From NCBI GenBank assembly GCA_016744755.1, contig JADGDT010000002.1, positions 12,302-76,301 on the forward strand: DNA of 64,000 nucleotides. Reading direction: 5' to 3'. The first letter of the stretch is position 1. Every line of letters begins with the position of its first letter. Positions 20,693 through 30,015 of the stretch are shown in pieces. Below the pieces are notes generated by a model. It saw only the letters and a list, made by a program, of their open reading frames with translations, made no database searches and was not told where the DNA came from. A program made the position numbers and the translations under genes. Source of the stretch: Ichthyobacteriaceae bacterium (lineage in GTDB: Bacteria > Bacteroidota > Bacteroidia > Flavobacteriales > JADGDT01).

Positions 20693-21220
20693 ATGAAAAA
20701 AACTATTATCTACATTGGCGGGTACAAATCTGGAGGATATAAAATATCTATACTCAAAGATAGACTAGGCTACGAAATAATAAATATTTCACCTGATTAC
20801 GATACTGAAAATCCAGAAGATATTCAGAAAAGATTAAAAAAAACAATTGAAAGTGCAAAGTTAAAAGGTAATAGTGTACAAATTATAGGCTCTTCTACAG
20901 GAGGAATGACAGCTTTATTACTTTCTCAAAAGTTCAACTTACCAATGTATCTAATTAATCCTCTAATAGCAAAAGCTCAATTTTTCGATCAGAGTCATCC
21001 TGTTGGACCAATGCTTAAACCAATTTCAGAAATACTTTTATCAAACTCTTATCCCAACAATAAAATAATTATTTACCTAGGTTTGAACGATGAACTTCTA
21101 AACCCTGAATTCACCAAAAAATTTGCTAGTTCTAAAGATATTAATGTAATAACTTTCGATGGAGACCACGCAGGCAGTGAAAGTTTAGAGATGATTATAG
21201 AAAACATAAAAAACACTTAA
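20693..21220 (+). CDS. YqiA-like (UPF0227) alpha/beta-hydrolase esterase
   Basis: Nucleophile elbow 'IIGSSTGG' and C-terminal 'FDGDHAG'. Overall colinear with E. coli YqiA as I recall it. Confidence 0.6.
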   Translation: MKKTIIYIGGYKSGGYKISILKDRLGYEIINISPDYDTENPEDIQKRLKKTIESAKLKGNSVQIIGSSTGGMTALLLSQKFNLPMYLINPLIAKAQFFDQSHPVGPMLKPISEILLSNSYPNNKIIIYLGLNDELLNPEFTKKFASSKDINVITFDGDHAGSESLEMIIENIKNT

Positions 21221-21270
21221 TAAGTGTAATCAAAACACTTCATTTAGTTTATATTTGCCGATTCAATTTT

Positions 21271-22506
21271 TTGAACGATATGATAAAATTAGAAGGTAAA
21301 AAATTAAATATTAAGGGAGATATACAAATTGGTGGATCTAAAAGCGAATCTAATAGATTACTGATTCTTCAGGCTCTTGCAGACGAAAAATTCACAATAG
21401 AAAATCTTTCAAATTCTAAGGATACATCTTTAATGCTAAAAGCGTTGAGTAACGATAGCAATACTATAAATATTGGATTGGCTGGTACTGCAATGCGTTT
21501 TCTTACGGCATACTTATCTGTTCAAGAAGGTAGAGAAGTTACTCTAACAGGCGAAGGCAGAATGTTGCAACGCCCTATTGGCGAGCTAGTAGAAGCCCTA
21601 AAAACTCTTGGTGCTGATATTACTTATACCGAAAATGAAGGTTATCCTCCTTTGTTGATAAAAGGGAAGAAACTAGACGGTGGAGAAATTAGCTTGAACT
21701 CAGGTATAAGCTCTCAGTTTATTACTGCGTTAATGCTTACTGCTCCAACCATGGAAAAGGGCATTAAAATAAATCTAAAAGGGAAAGTAGTTTCTTTGCC
21801 TTATATAAATATGAGTATTCAATTACTAAGTAAAGTTGGTGTTGATGCAAATATTGATAAAAAAACAATAACGGTAAAGAAGGGTAAAATATTTTCAGAT
21901 ACTCCTATGGCTGTTGAGTCTGATTGGAGTTCGGCATCTTACCATTACAGTTTGGTTGCAAGTGCCGATGAAGCTGATGTTATTCTAGGAACGTATCGTA
22001 GAGAGAGTTTTCAAGGAGATAGTGCCTTGGCTGAACTTTACAAGAAAATGGGAGTTGAGACTTTATATCTTCAAGATAAAATACGTCTTCAAAAGTCTTC
22101 TATTTTCGAAAAAAGTGAATTAATTGAATTTGACCTAAACCAACAACCTGATATTGCACAAACAATTGCTGTTACATGTTTGAATTTAGGAATAGATTGT
22201 AAACTTACAGGTTTAGAAACTCTGCGAATTAAAGAGACCGACAGACTTTACGCTTTAAAAACTGAACTTGAAAAGTTGGGTGCTTCTGTTACTATTACCA
22301 ATAGCAGTCTTGATATGGTTGCTACCGAGAGTATCACTCCTAATGTAGAAATCTATACCTATGATGATCATAGAATGGCTATGGCCTTTGCTCCTATTGC
22401 TTTAAAAGAAGATGTTTATATCGAAGATCCCGATGTTGTTGTAAAATCTTATCCTGATTTTTGGGAGCACTTGAATAAGTTGGGGATTAAGACTAGTACT
22501 CAATAA
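21271..22506 (+). CDS. aroA: 3-phosphoshikimate 1-carboxyvinyltransferase (EPSP synthase)
   Basis: 'GGSKSESNRLLIL', 'LAGTAMRFLTA', 'DHRMAMAFA'. The start may be the ATG at 21280. Confidence 0.9.
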   Translation: MNDMIKLEGKKLNIKGDIQIGGSKSESNRLLILQALADEKFTIENLSNSKDTSLMLKALSNDSNTINIGLAGTAMRFLTAYLSVQEGREVTLTGEGRMLQRPIGELVEALKTLGADITYTENEGYPPLLIKGKKLDGGEISLNSGISSQFITALMLTAPTMEKGIKINLKGKVVSLPYINMSIQLLSKVGVDANIDKKTITVKKGKIFSDTPMAVESDWSSASYHYSLVASADEADVILGTYRRESFQGDSALAELYKKMGVETLYLQDKIRLQKSSIFEKSELIEFDLNQQPDIAQTIAVTCLNLGIDCKLTGLETLRIKETDRLYALKTELEKLGASVTITNSSLDMVATESITPNVEIYTYDDHRMAMAFAPIALKEDVYIEDPDVVVKSYPDFWEHLNKLGIKTSTQ

Positions 22507-22565
22507 AATGTATGCTACTAATTTTGGTTAAGTTCTAATAATCACCACTTTTTAAATAATTTTAT

Positions 22566-22708
22566 GACCCTACCTAAACAGGGTCAAAATATCTATAACA
22601 ACAGTGATAACATAGTATTTAGTTCTCCTAGTAGATATTTCGACTTCGCAAAAGCTCCGCTCAATATGACAATTTTTCCATAACTTTCGTGGTAAACTTA
22701 ATAAAATA
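22566..22708. repeat. Dispersed intergenic repeat, copy R1
   Basis: Shares 'aaatatctata[ag]caacagtgataacata' and the downstream 'tcg[ag]cttcgc ... cgctcaa.atgac ... ttcgtggta' blocks with 24933-25145. Confidence 0.7.
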
Positions 22709-22833
22709 GAAGGTTAAAATAATTACATCACTGCTTTATCTATTAGATTTAATCTTCTCTTACATTAATCTAATTTCACTCTTCTAATTAATTGTATCAT
22801 ACAATTAATTAGAGAGTAAAAAATGAAGAAGAA

Positions 22834-23397
22834 CTACTCCTCTCCCATCATATCTTCTTTCAAACTATTTTGTGCTGGATCATCTCCAAGCCAAATTCCG
22901 AATAGAGCTTTCTTAAATTTAGGGTTATCAATAGTAGTAGCAAGCTTATCATTTTTGTAAACTTCCAATCCTTTACTAGGTACATAAACCATATTGAAGG
23001 TATCTCCATCTTTAATTTCTTTCTTGAAAATTTCGATAAACATTTCAATTTCCCCTTTCAGAGCATCAGTATTTCCTCCCATAGAATTCTCGAAACCTTC
23101 ACGGGTAGAATCTTCCATTTTCTCGCTAGTTATCATAGACGAAATTATGTGAAGTCTAATAGCCATAGGTTCATCAGAATCCAAAACTTTTTTAGCGTCC
23201 TTTGTTTTAGATTTAAGATAAAGTCCTCCTACATATAACTTAATAAAGTATTTTGACCTTATTCCTGCTCCATTAAGTTCCAAGGTAGCTTCTCCTGCCT
23301 TTAGAGCTTCAGGCATATTTATACCTCCAATTTCTTTATCCCCCAAACTAAACGACATCATTAAAAATGACACAAATATTAGTACTAATTTTTTCAT
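22834..23397 (-). CDS. Chalcone-isomerase-like family protein (secreted)
   Basis: Signal peptide, then 'LELNGAGIRSKYFIKLYVGGLYL', typical of the chalcone isomerase-like fold family. Confidence 0.6.
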   Translation of the reverse strand: MKKLVLIFVSFLMMSFSLGDKEIGGINMPEALKAGEATLELNGAGIRSKYFIKLYVGGLYLKSKTKDAKKVLDSDEPMAIRLHIISSMITSEKMEDSTREGFENSMGGNTDALKGEIEMFIEIFKKEIKDGDTFNMVYVPSKGLEVYKNDKLATTIDNPKFKKALFGIWLGDDPAQNSLKEDMMGEE

Positions 23398-23521
23398 CTG
23401 TTTTAATATTTAAATTTTAAAATTAACCCTCCTCTAAACTATGAGCCGAAAGCTAATTTACCAGCTTCAACTTTGATTAGTGAATTTAGCAATTTAAAAC
23501 TCAATACACTAACTTTGCCGA

Positions 23522-24847
23522 ATGCAAAAACAATCAATCTCAACAGAAAGCATATTAAAGAGACTAAAAATTACTTCTTTAAACGAAATGCAAAACAGTG
23601 TAATCACTGCATTTAACAAAGAAGAAAACTTAGTAGTTCTTTCGCCTACAGGCTCAGGAAAAACTCTAGCTTTCTTACTACCAATAATTCAATCATTAAA
23701 CAACGATATAGAAGGTGTTCAGGCTTTAATTTTAGCACCTTCACGAGAATTAGCTCTACAGATAGAAAATGTGTTCCGCGATATGGGTACAGGTATTAAA
23801 GTAAGTTGCTTTTACGGTGGACACCCTTTTCCTGTGGAAAGGAAGAGTTTGAAACATCCACCATCGGTTATTATTGGAACTCCTGGTAGAATTGCCGATC
23901 ATATTGATAGAGATACTTTTTCTACAGAAAACATTACTACAATAGTTTTAGATGAATTTGATAAAGCTCTAGAATTCGGATTTCACGATGACATGAAATT
24001 CATTATTCACGAGCTACCAAACATAAATAAACGTGTACTTACATCGGCCACAAAAACTGATGAAATTCCAGAATTTACGGGTATTAAAGAACATGCTGAA
24101 TTAAACTACCTTCCACAAGGTAAACAAGTAAAAGGTTTATCTATAAAGAAAGTTATTTCTGAAGAAAAAGATAAACTACCAACTTTGTTAGATCTACTTT
24201 GTGATCTTGGTAACGAATCTACACTTGTATTTTGTAACCACCGCGAGGCTGTAGAACGCACAAATAGTTACTTGAATAAAAATAAAATCACTTCTACATT
24301 TTTCCACGGAGGAATGGAGCAACAAGACAGAGAGCGTACTCTTACAAAATTCCGAAATGGTAGTTCTAAAATTTTGGTCACTTCCGATTTGGCTTCACGT
24401 GGTTTAGATATTCCAGAAATCAAACATATTATTCACTATCACTTACCTTCTAAAGAAGATGCCTTCACACACCGTAATGGTAGAACTGCCAGAATGAAAG
24501 CAGAAGGATCGGCATACGTGATTCTTTCTAAAGATGAGAATCAGCCAGATTATATTTCTAATTCTATTGACACATACTACATCTCCAAAAATATTGAATT
24601 ACCTAAAGCTCCTGAATGGGAAACTCTGTTTATAGGAAAAGGTAAAAAAGATAAAGTAAATAAGATTGATATTGTTGGTTTTCTATCTAAAAAAGGACAA
24701 CTAGAAAAAGGAGATATAGGATTAATTGATGTCAAAGATTTCTTCTCTTATGTTGCAATTAACAGAGAAAAAACTCAAGCAACTTTAAAGCTAGTTGCTA
24801 ATGAGAAAATCAAAAATAAGAAAGCTAAAATTGAGGTTGCTAAGTAA
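23522..24847 (+). CDS. DEAD-box RNA helicase with a DbpA-type C-terminal RNA-binding domain
   Basis: Motif I 'SPTGSGKT', motif II variant 'LDEFD', 'SAT', 'TSDLASRGLDI', 'HRNGRTAR'. The C-terminal segment 'IDIVGFLSKKGQLEKGDIGLIDV' is DbpA-like. Confidence 0.85.
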   Translation: MQKQSISTESILKRLKITSLNEMQNSVITAFNKEENLVVLSPTGSGKTLAFLLPIIQSLNNDIEGVQALILAPSRELALQIENVFRDMGTGIKVSCFYGGHPFPVERKSLKHPPSVIIGTPGRIADHIDRDTFSTENITTIVLDEFDKALEFGFHDDMKFIIHELPNINKRVLTSATKTDEIPEFTGIKEHAELNYLPQGKQVKGLSIKKVISEEKDKLPTLLDLLCDLGNESTLVFCNHREAVERTNSYLNKNKITSTFFHGGMEQQDRERTLTKFRNGSSKILVTSDLASRGLDIPEIKHIIHYHLPSKEDAFTHRNGRTARMKAEGSAYVILSKDENQPDYISNSIDTYYISKNIELPKAPEWETLFIGKGKKDKVNKIDIVGFLSKKGQLEKGDIGLIDVKDFFSYVAINREKTQATLKLVANEKIKNKKAKIEVAK

Positions 24848-24932
24848 TGTGTGGAGCGATAAATGGGTATAGGTTACAAGGTTAAAAAAAGCAGTTCATA
24901 TTCTATTTTTGGTTCTACTGTTAATTTAATGG

Positions 24933-25145
24933 ATTTTCTAATTTAGAAAAAGCGTCATATTGAACGAAATTCCCTTAATGCAATTAAGGGAGTGTAGCTG
25001 AAATATCTATAGCAACAGTGATAACATAATGTGAGCTATTTTGTAATAGACCTTTCGGCTTCGCTTTGGCTCTAGTTCGGCTACGCTCACCAACCACGCT
25101 CAAGGTGACTATTGTTCCACTAAATTCGTGGTACTAATAAATTAA
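24933..25145 (+). repeat. Dispersed intergenic repeat, copy R2 (longest copy)
   Basis: The left part 'attttctaatttagaa...gaaatatctatagcaacagtgataacataatgtgagctattt' matches the reverse complement of 26559-26716. The right part matches R1. Confidence 0.75.
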
Positions 25146-26238
25146 TAGAACAACTTAATTCCAATATTGATTATCAATTTTTCTGCGATATAAATTTAGG
25201 TTTTAATCGTCTTACTAATCATAAAATAGTAAGTCAAATACGGTGTGAGTTAGCTGAGAATTTAAATATAGCGGAACAAGAGCTATTACTCTCACATCAT
25301 TGGTCTGCATACATTAAATAAGGATAAAATAACTATGGATGCTACAGCTTATGAAAGCGAAGTCAGGTATCCAACAGATCAGAAGTTATTATGGGAATCG
25401 GTTGATTGGAGTTATAGTCAAATGCGCAAAATTTGTAATAATCTTAATATAAAAATACCAAGGACAAAATATTTGAAGTGGAAAAGAAGGAATTTGGATT
25501 ATAGCAAAATGCGTAGAAAGACTAAAAGCAAAAGAAAATCCTTAACAAGAGCCTTACTTCACTTACTAAACAAAATCAATACTGAGCTAGATAAAATAGA
25601 GCTTCAATATAGCTTTGAAATGCCCGAACTCTATGATGTAAGACGAGAAACTATATCTAAAATCTATGAACAACAGAAACACCTTTTTACAACCGGAGAA
25701 TATCCAAAGAACAGAATAGTAAGTATCTCCAAAAATTATCTTCGTCCGATAGTAAGAGGAAATAAAAAAAGTAGAATTTGGTGCAAAAGTAAACAAACTT
25801 CAAATAGATGGAATAAACTTTATCCAGCGTATAAGTTTTGATGCATTTAATGAAGGTATAGAACTTGAAAACACAGTTTATAAGGCTCAACAGTTGACTA
25901 AAATCAAAGTGAAGACTTTAGGGGCAGATGCTATATATGCAAATAATAACAATCGGAATTTTGTCAGTAAGGAAAAGATAAATACAGATTTTAGACCAAA
26001 AGGTAAAAGGCCAAAAGATTATAAAGAACAGCAAAAAAATAGAGCAATAATCTCAAAGGAAAGAGCAACAAGACTAGAAGGGAATTTTGGAAAAGACAAG
26101 GAACATTATCATTTAAAGAAGATAAAAGCAAAAACGCCACAGACCGAAAAATTATGGATTTTCTTTGGAATACATGTTGCTAATGCTTTAGAGATAGGTC
26201 GGAGAATTACAGAAAGTCATTTACAAAAAATAGCATAA
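25146..26238 (+). pseudogene. IS4/IS5-superfamily DDE transposase, 5'-truncated and split into three reading frames
   Basis: The InsH-type N-terminal fragment 'LIEQLNSNIDYQFFCDINLGFNRLTNHKIVSQIRCEL' (25142-25320) lies in one frame. 'MDATAYESEVRYPTDQKLL' (first D) lies in a second frame. '...VEFGAKVNKLQIDG...LGADAIYANNNNRNF...RATRLEGNFGK' (second D and E) lies in a third frame, with the switch at an A7 run near 25764. Confidence 0.75.
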
Positions 26239-26381
26239 AAAAATAATAAATATTATTATCATAGGACAGCTATGTCTTGACGGTAAAAAATATGCGTTCT
26301 GAATCCGGTTTTTAACAAAGTGAATAATAAAATATCCCAAAACTAAAAAACAGCCTTGGGATACTATGTATTTGAGTATAG

Positions 26382-26563
26382 AAATGGCTTACTCCTGAAA
26401 GTGCCTATATAATTGATGCAGAAAAAGATGCTGAGCTAATTACAGGATTCAATAGTGATATTGATAAGGAAATATACCTTGACAAACTCAATAATAATAA
26501 AACACAAGATATTCTTAATTCAGAAAAAGCAAAAGCTGGCGATGTGTTTTTTATTCCAAAATA
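26382..26563 (+). pseudogene. Internal fragment of a second class I mannose-6-phosphate isomerase gene
   Basis: It translates to ...PESAYIIDAEKDAELITGFNSDIDKEIYLDKLNNNKTQDILNSEKAKAGDVFFIPK*. This is colinear with 'WYVIDADEGAELISGFDRTIDKKTYLSKLKNKQITEIINTEKARSGDVFYIPEG' of the intact manA at 60651-61640. Both ends are cut off. Confidence 0.8.
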
Positions 26564-26716
26564 GCTCACATTATATTATCACTATATCTATAGATATTTC
26601 TACCTGCTTCTACAGCTTGCCTCGATCATCGGAGCGGATCAAGGCGGACTCCATTTTCTTTTATTGCACAAAGTAAATTACGCTCAAGATGTCGGATATT
26701 CTAAATTAGAAAATTA
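26559..26716 (-). repeat. Dispersed intergenic repeat, copy R3 (partial, inverted relative to R2)
   Basis: The reverse complement reads 'attttctaatttagaa...gaaatatctatagatatagtgataatataatgtgagctattt'. Confidence 0.75.
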
Positions 26717-26743
26717 ATATAAACGAGAGTATAAATATTAAAA

Positions 26744-26799
26744 CTGCATTACTACATCACCGTTTTACTGCATTACAGCATCACTGCATTACTATATCT
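26744..26799. repeat. Octamer array, 7 units (CTGCATTA / CWRCATCA)
   Basis: Hand-parsed units: ctgcatta ctacatca ccgtttta ctgcatta cagcatca ctgcatta ctatatct. The next unit overlaps the stop codon of the gene at 26804. Confidence 0.85.
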
Positions 26800-26803
26800 C
26801 TAA

Positions 26804-27667
26804 TTACTGATTACCCAAAATAATAGGCAATCCTCCTTCTCCTCCTCCAATAATAATAACTTTTGAGTTTGGAGATTCTGACAATTTAATTGTTGCCTCA
26901 ATACCTTTATCTTGAAGGATCTTATCAGTAAGCGATGAGTTTAATATATCATTCGCTTTAGCTTTACCTTCAGCATCAATCCTAATCTTCTGAGCTTCTT
27001 GAGTAGCTTTCTGTAAACGGAATTTGTACTCCAATGCTTCCTGCTCTTGCTTTAGCTTAGATTCAATAGCATTTTTTATTGTTGGAGGTAAAATTATATC
27101 TCTTACAAGGATTTCGTTTACCGTTACATACTGCTCTTTAAGTATTTCTTTAGTCTCGTGGAAAATTTCATCTTGAATAACATCTCTTTTAGAAGAATAA
27201 ATTTGCTCTGGCTCATAACGACCAATTACACTACGAGTAGCCGAACGCAAAGCTGGTCGTACCACCCTATTCAAATACCCTTGACCAATTTTACGGTGTA
27301 AATTTCCAAGATTTACTTGCTCTGGCATAAACCAAGCCGATAGCTCTACAGAGATATCTAATCCATTCGATGAAAGAACCTTCATTTTTTCACCTGCTTC
27401 TTGTTGTCTAACTTCGTAAACAAACATCTTGTTCCAAGGTGCTAAAAAATGGAATCCCTCTGAGTAAGTATTCTCTACATCAACACCTGATCCGAAAGTA
27501 CGGAATAAAACTCCTGCCTCACCCGAGCCAATAGTCACGGTCATTCGCGACCAAAAAAGTATCAATACTAGCAATCCTGCCCCTATTAACACTATCATAA
27601 ACGAAAACTTGTTACCTAGGTTTAATTGTGGCCCCTGGTTTTCTTGTTGTCCAAAATTTGCACTCAT
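26804..27667 (-). CDS. SPFH/band-7 (prohibitin/HflC-like) membrane protein
   Basis: N-terminal TM segment, then an SPFH core ('GEAGVLFRTFGSGV...') and a C-terminal coiled coil. Confidence 0.8.
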   Translation of the reverse strand: MSANFGQQENQGPQLNLGNKFSFMIVLIGAGLLVLILFWSRMTVTIGSGEAGVLFRTFGSGVDVENTYSEGFHFLAPWNKMFVYEVRQQEAGEKMKVLSSNGLDISVELSAWFMPEQVNLGNLHRKIGQGYLNRVVRPALRSATRSVIGRYEPEQIYSSKRDVIQDEIFHETKEILKEQYVTVNEILVRDIILPPTIKNAIESKLKQEQEALEYKFRLQKATQEAQKIRIDAEGKAKANDILNSSLTDKILQDKGIEATIKLSESPNSKVIIIGGGEGGLPIILGNQ

Positions 27668-27694
27668 ATTTTTGTTTTTTATTTAATTATAATT

Positions 27695-27897
27695 CAATGT
27701 TCAATGTTCAATGTTCAATTTGCAATGTTCAATGTTCAATTTGCAATGTTCAATTTGCAATGTTCAATTAGCAATGTTTAATTTACAATGTTCAATGTTC
27801 AATTAGCAATGTTTAATTTGCAATGTTCAATTAGCAATGTTTAATTTACAATGTTCAATGTTCAATTTGCAATGTTCAATTAGCAATGCTCATTGTA
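27695..27897. repeat. Heptamer array, 29 units (CAATGTT alternating with CAATTWG / TAATTTR)
   Basis: Hand-parsed with no phase break over 203 bp. It starts 27 nt upstream of the start codon at 27667. Confidence 0.95.
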
Positions 27898-27904
27898 GAC
27901 TAAA

Positions 27905-27953
27905 AAATTGTTAACTGCTAATTGATAACTGTAAATTGTTAACTGTAAATTGT
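27905..27953. repeat. Heptamer array, 7 units (AAATTGT / TAACTGY)
   Basis: Units: aaattgt taactgc taattga taactgt aaattgt taactgt aaattgt. A further degenerate unit runs into the stop codon at 27959-27961. Confidence 0.9.
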
Positions 27954-27958
27954 ATTTG

Positions 27959-29761
27959 CTAATATAATCCATTTCTCTTTCTAAGTAACCATTCTACACC
28001 TAAAATTATTGGTAATAAAAACAAAATCCACCACTGCTCTACAATATTTTTATATTGAGTTTTTAAAATAGATGTTCTACTAGCTTTCAATATTAAACTA
28101 TCAATTAAATCTGAATAATTTTCTAAGTTATAAAGTCTTGTTTCTTTACTTGATACAATACTATTTAAAAAATTAATATTCTTATAATTCCCCAAAAGCT
28201 CCATGTTTATATCTTTAACAATAAAAGTAATTGTTTCTATCTTTTTACCATTTACACTAATTTTACTTGTGTAAGTTTTAGATTCAAGATTTCCGATATT
28301 AAGTGAATAGCTACCTTTTTCTTCAATAAAATCAAATATTTGTTTACGCCCATTAATTTCTATCTCTGCCTTTGCCTTTGCATTAACATTAACAGGTTTC
28401 ATTTTAGAATACTCGTTTACAAGTTTTATAACAACATTTTCTGATGAAGAGTAAACATCCTTAAAAACCACGTTATATTTATCTGAATATTTAAGTAGTT
28501 CTATCTCTTTAAGTAATGAATGGAAAAATAGGTTTAAATTGTTATCTCCTCGTTTTGCTTCTTTCAAATTTAATTTCCACAGATTATTTATATCTAAAAA
28601 TATTCTTTTTGATTTTGAATCAACAAAAAATGATTTTAAAAACTTTTTATCTAAAGTTGACTCTACTCTCTCCTGATTATTATCTAATTCTTTGAAAGAT
28701 GAGTTGATTAAAACTACGGGCAGATTTAGATTTTTATTATACGAATCGTTAAAGTCAACAATGAAATCAAATTTTGAAATTTCTTTTTTACTGAAAGCAT
28801 TTTTGGTAACAATAACTTTGTAATTTTTTTGCGAAAATTTCCTTTTTAGCAACGAAACATCAGGATTTAACTGACTGTATTTTATTAGTATAACGCCTTT
28901 ATTTTTTACAAAATTAACCGTTATAAGCTTTTCATCAACTAGAGACTTATCTTGTTTAGAAAATAATTTCACTTTAAAAACATGTGTTCCATCAGAAAAT
29001 GACTTTAATAAAATTGAATGTCTCTTCTTCTGTTTAGCATTAATGTTTGGCAGTATTAACACCCTTTCTGTTAATACATTTTTTTCTTTTTCTGATACTT
29101 CTAATTGTACTTCACCAGAAAAGTTTGAAGACTCAATAAATATCTCTAGCGGAAAACTATTTCCTACAACAACCTCTTTGTTGTAGTTAATTGCAAGAAT
29201 TGAAATTCTAGGAATACTAATAGTATCCCCAACTCCAATTACATCTAAACTATAACTACTATTCTTAGTAAATACAGAAGAACTTCCCTTGTTAATATTT
29301 CCATCACTCACCAAAATAACTCTATCTCCTTGGGTGAGTAAAAAATCTAGACTTTTCTCTAATTCATTAAAATTTGTTCTAGAATTATTAAATTTTAGAG
29401 TATCTATTTCCGAAACACTTTCTCCAAAACCAATATTTTTAATTTGATATTTAGTTGATAGATCCGAATTATTAACATCCTTAAACACTGATTCTAATTC
29501 CTCAAAACTAGTATTCAATAACATAGAAGAAGATTGATCGAAGGCTAAAACTAATTTTGGTTTAACTGTAGTTTTTACTTGTGTTGGCAGCATTAATGTA
29601 CCTATTGCAATAAAAACTATCAGTAGAGATAGAAAACGCAAAAACGCCATGAAAATAAATTTCCACGACGTTTTTATATTTTTTTTATACATAAAAAACG
29701 ACAGTAAACCCGATATCAAAAACGATAGAAATATATACCAAATTGGATAATCGTATGTCAT
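27959..29761 (-). CDS. Membrane protein with a vWA-like MIDAS motif
   Basis: Two N-terminal TM segments and one C-terminal TM segment, plus a 'LVLAFDQSSSM' DxSxS motif. No closer family assignment. Confidence 0.5.
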   Translation of the reverse strand: MTYDYPIWYIFLSFLISGLLSFFMYKKNIKTSWKFIFMAFLRFLSLLIVFIAIGTLMLPTQVKTTVKPKLVLAFDQSSSMLLNTSFEELESVFKDVNNSDLSTKYQIKNIGFGESVSEIDTLKFNNSRTNFNELEKSLDFLLTQGDRVILVSDGNINKGSSSVFTKNSSYSLDVIGVGDTISIPRISILAINYNKEVVVGNSFPLEIFIESSNFSGEVQLEVSEKEKNVLTERVLILPNINAKQKKRHSILLKSFSDGTHVFKVKLFSKQDKSLVDEKLITVNFVKNKGVILIKYSQLNPDVSLLKRKFSQKNYKVIVTKNAFSKKEISKFDFIVDFNDSYNKNLNLPVVLINSSFKELDNNQERVESTLDKKFLKSFFVDSKSKRIFLDINNLWKLNLKEAKRGDNNLNLFFHSLLKEIELLKYSDKYNVVFKDVYSSSENVVIKLVNEYSKMKPVNVNAKAKAEIEINGRKQIFDFIEEKGSYSLNIGNLESKTYTSKISVNGKKIETITFIVKDINMELLGNYKNINFLNSIVSSKETRLYNLENYSDLIDSLILKASRTSILKTQYKNIVEQWWILFLLPIILGVEWLLRKRNGLY

Positions 29762-29812
29762 TTATTTACTGTTTTTCGTTTAGTTGTATTTTGTTTAGCT
29801 GATTTCTATTTA

Positions 29813-29854
29813 CTTTTCACTTTTCACTTTAAACTTTTCACTTTTCACTTTTTT
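29813..29854. repeat. Heptamer array, 6 units (CTTTTCA)
   Basis: Units: cttttca cttttca ctttaaa cttttca cttttca ctttttt. Confidence 0.9.
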
Positions 29855-29860
29855 GTTTAT

Positions 29861-30007
29861 GCCCCCAATTGTAGTGTTAGCCCGGAAATGGGAATACTAA
29901 TGAACAACACGCTAGACTGGCTTTTGCTTTTGGGCAAAAGACCCGACTAGTGTGTTTGTGAATTGTATTGCCATTGAGGACTACAAATGGAAAGTGGGAA
30001 TTGGCAC
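29861..30007. repeat. Imperfect ~145-nt palindrome (structured RNA or MITE-like element)
   Basis: The arms pair by eye: ccaattgtagt/actacaaatgg, aatgggaatac/gtattgccatt, acacgctagactgg/cccgactagtgtgt. The central hairpin is cttttgc-ttttgg-gcaaaag. The element is GC-richer than its flanks. Confidence 0.6.
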
Positions 30008-30015
30008 ATAATATC

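Noticed and set aside
26455-26676. 73-aa ORF from the track.
   Set aside because: It runs in the wrong frame across the manA fragment and into repeat copy R3, so it is an artefact of the decayed region.
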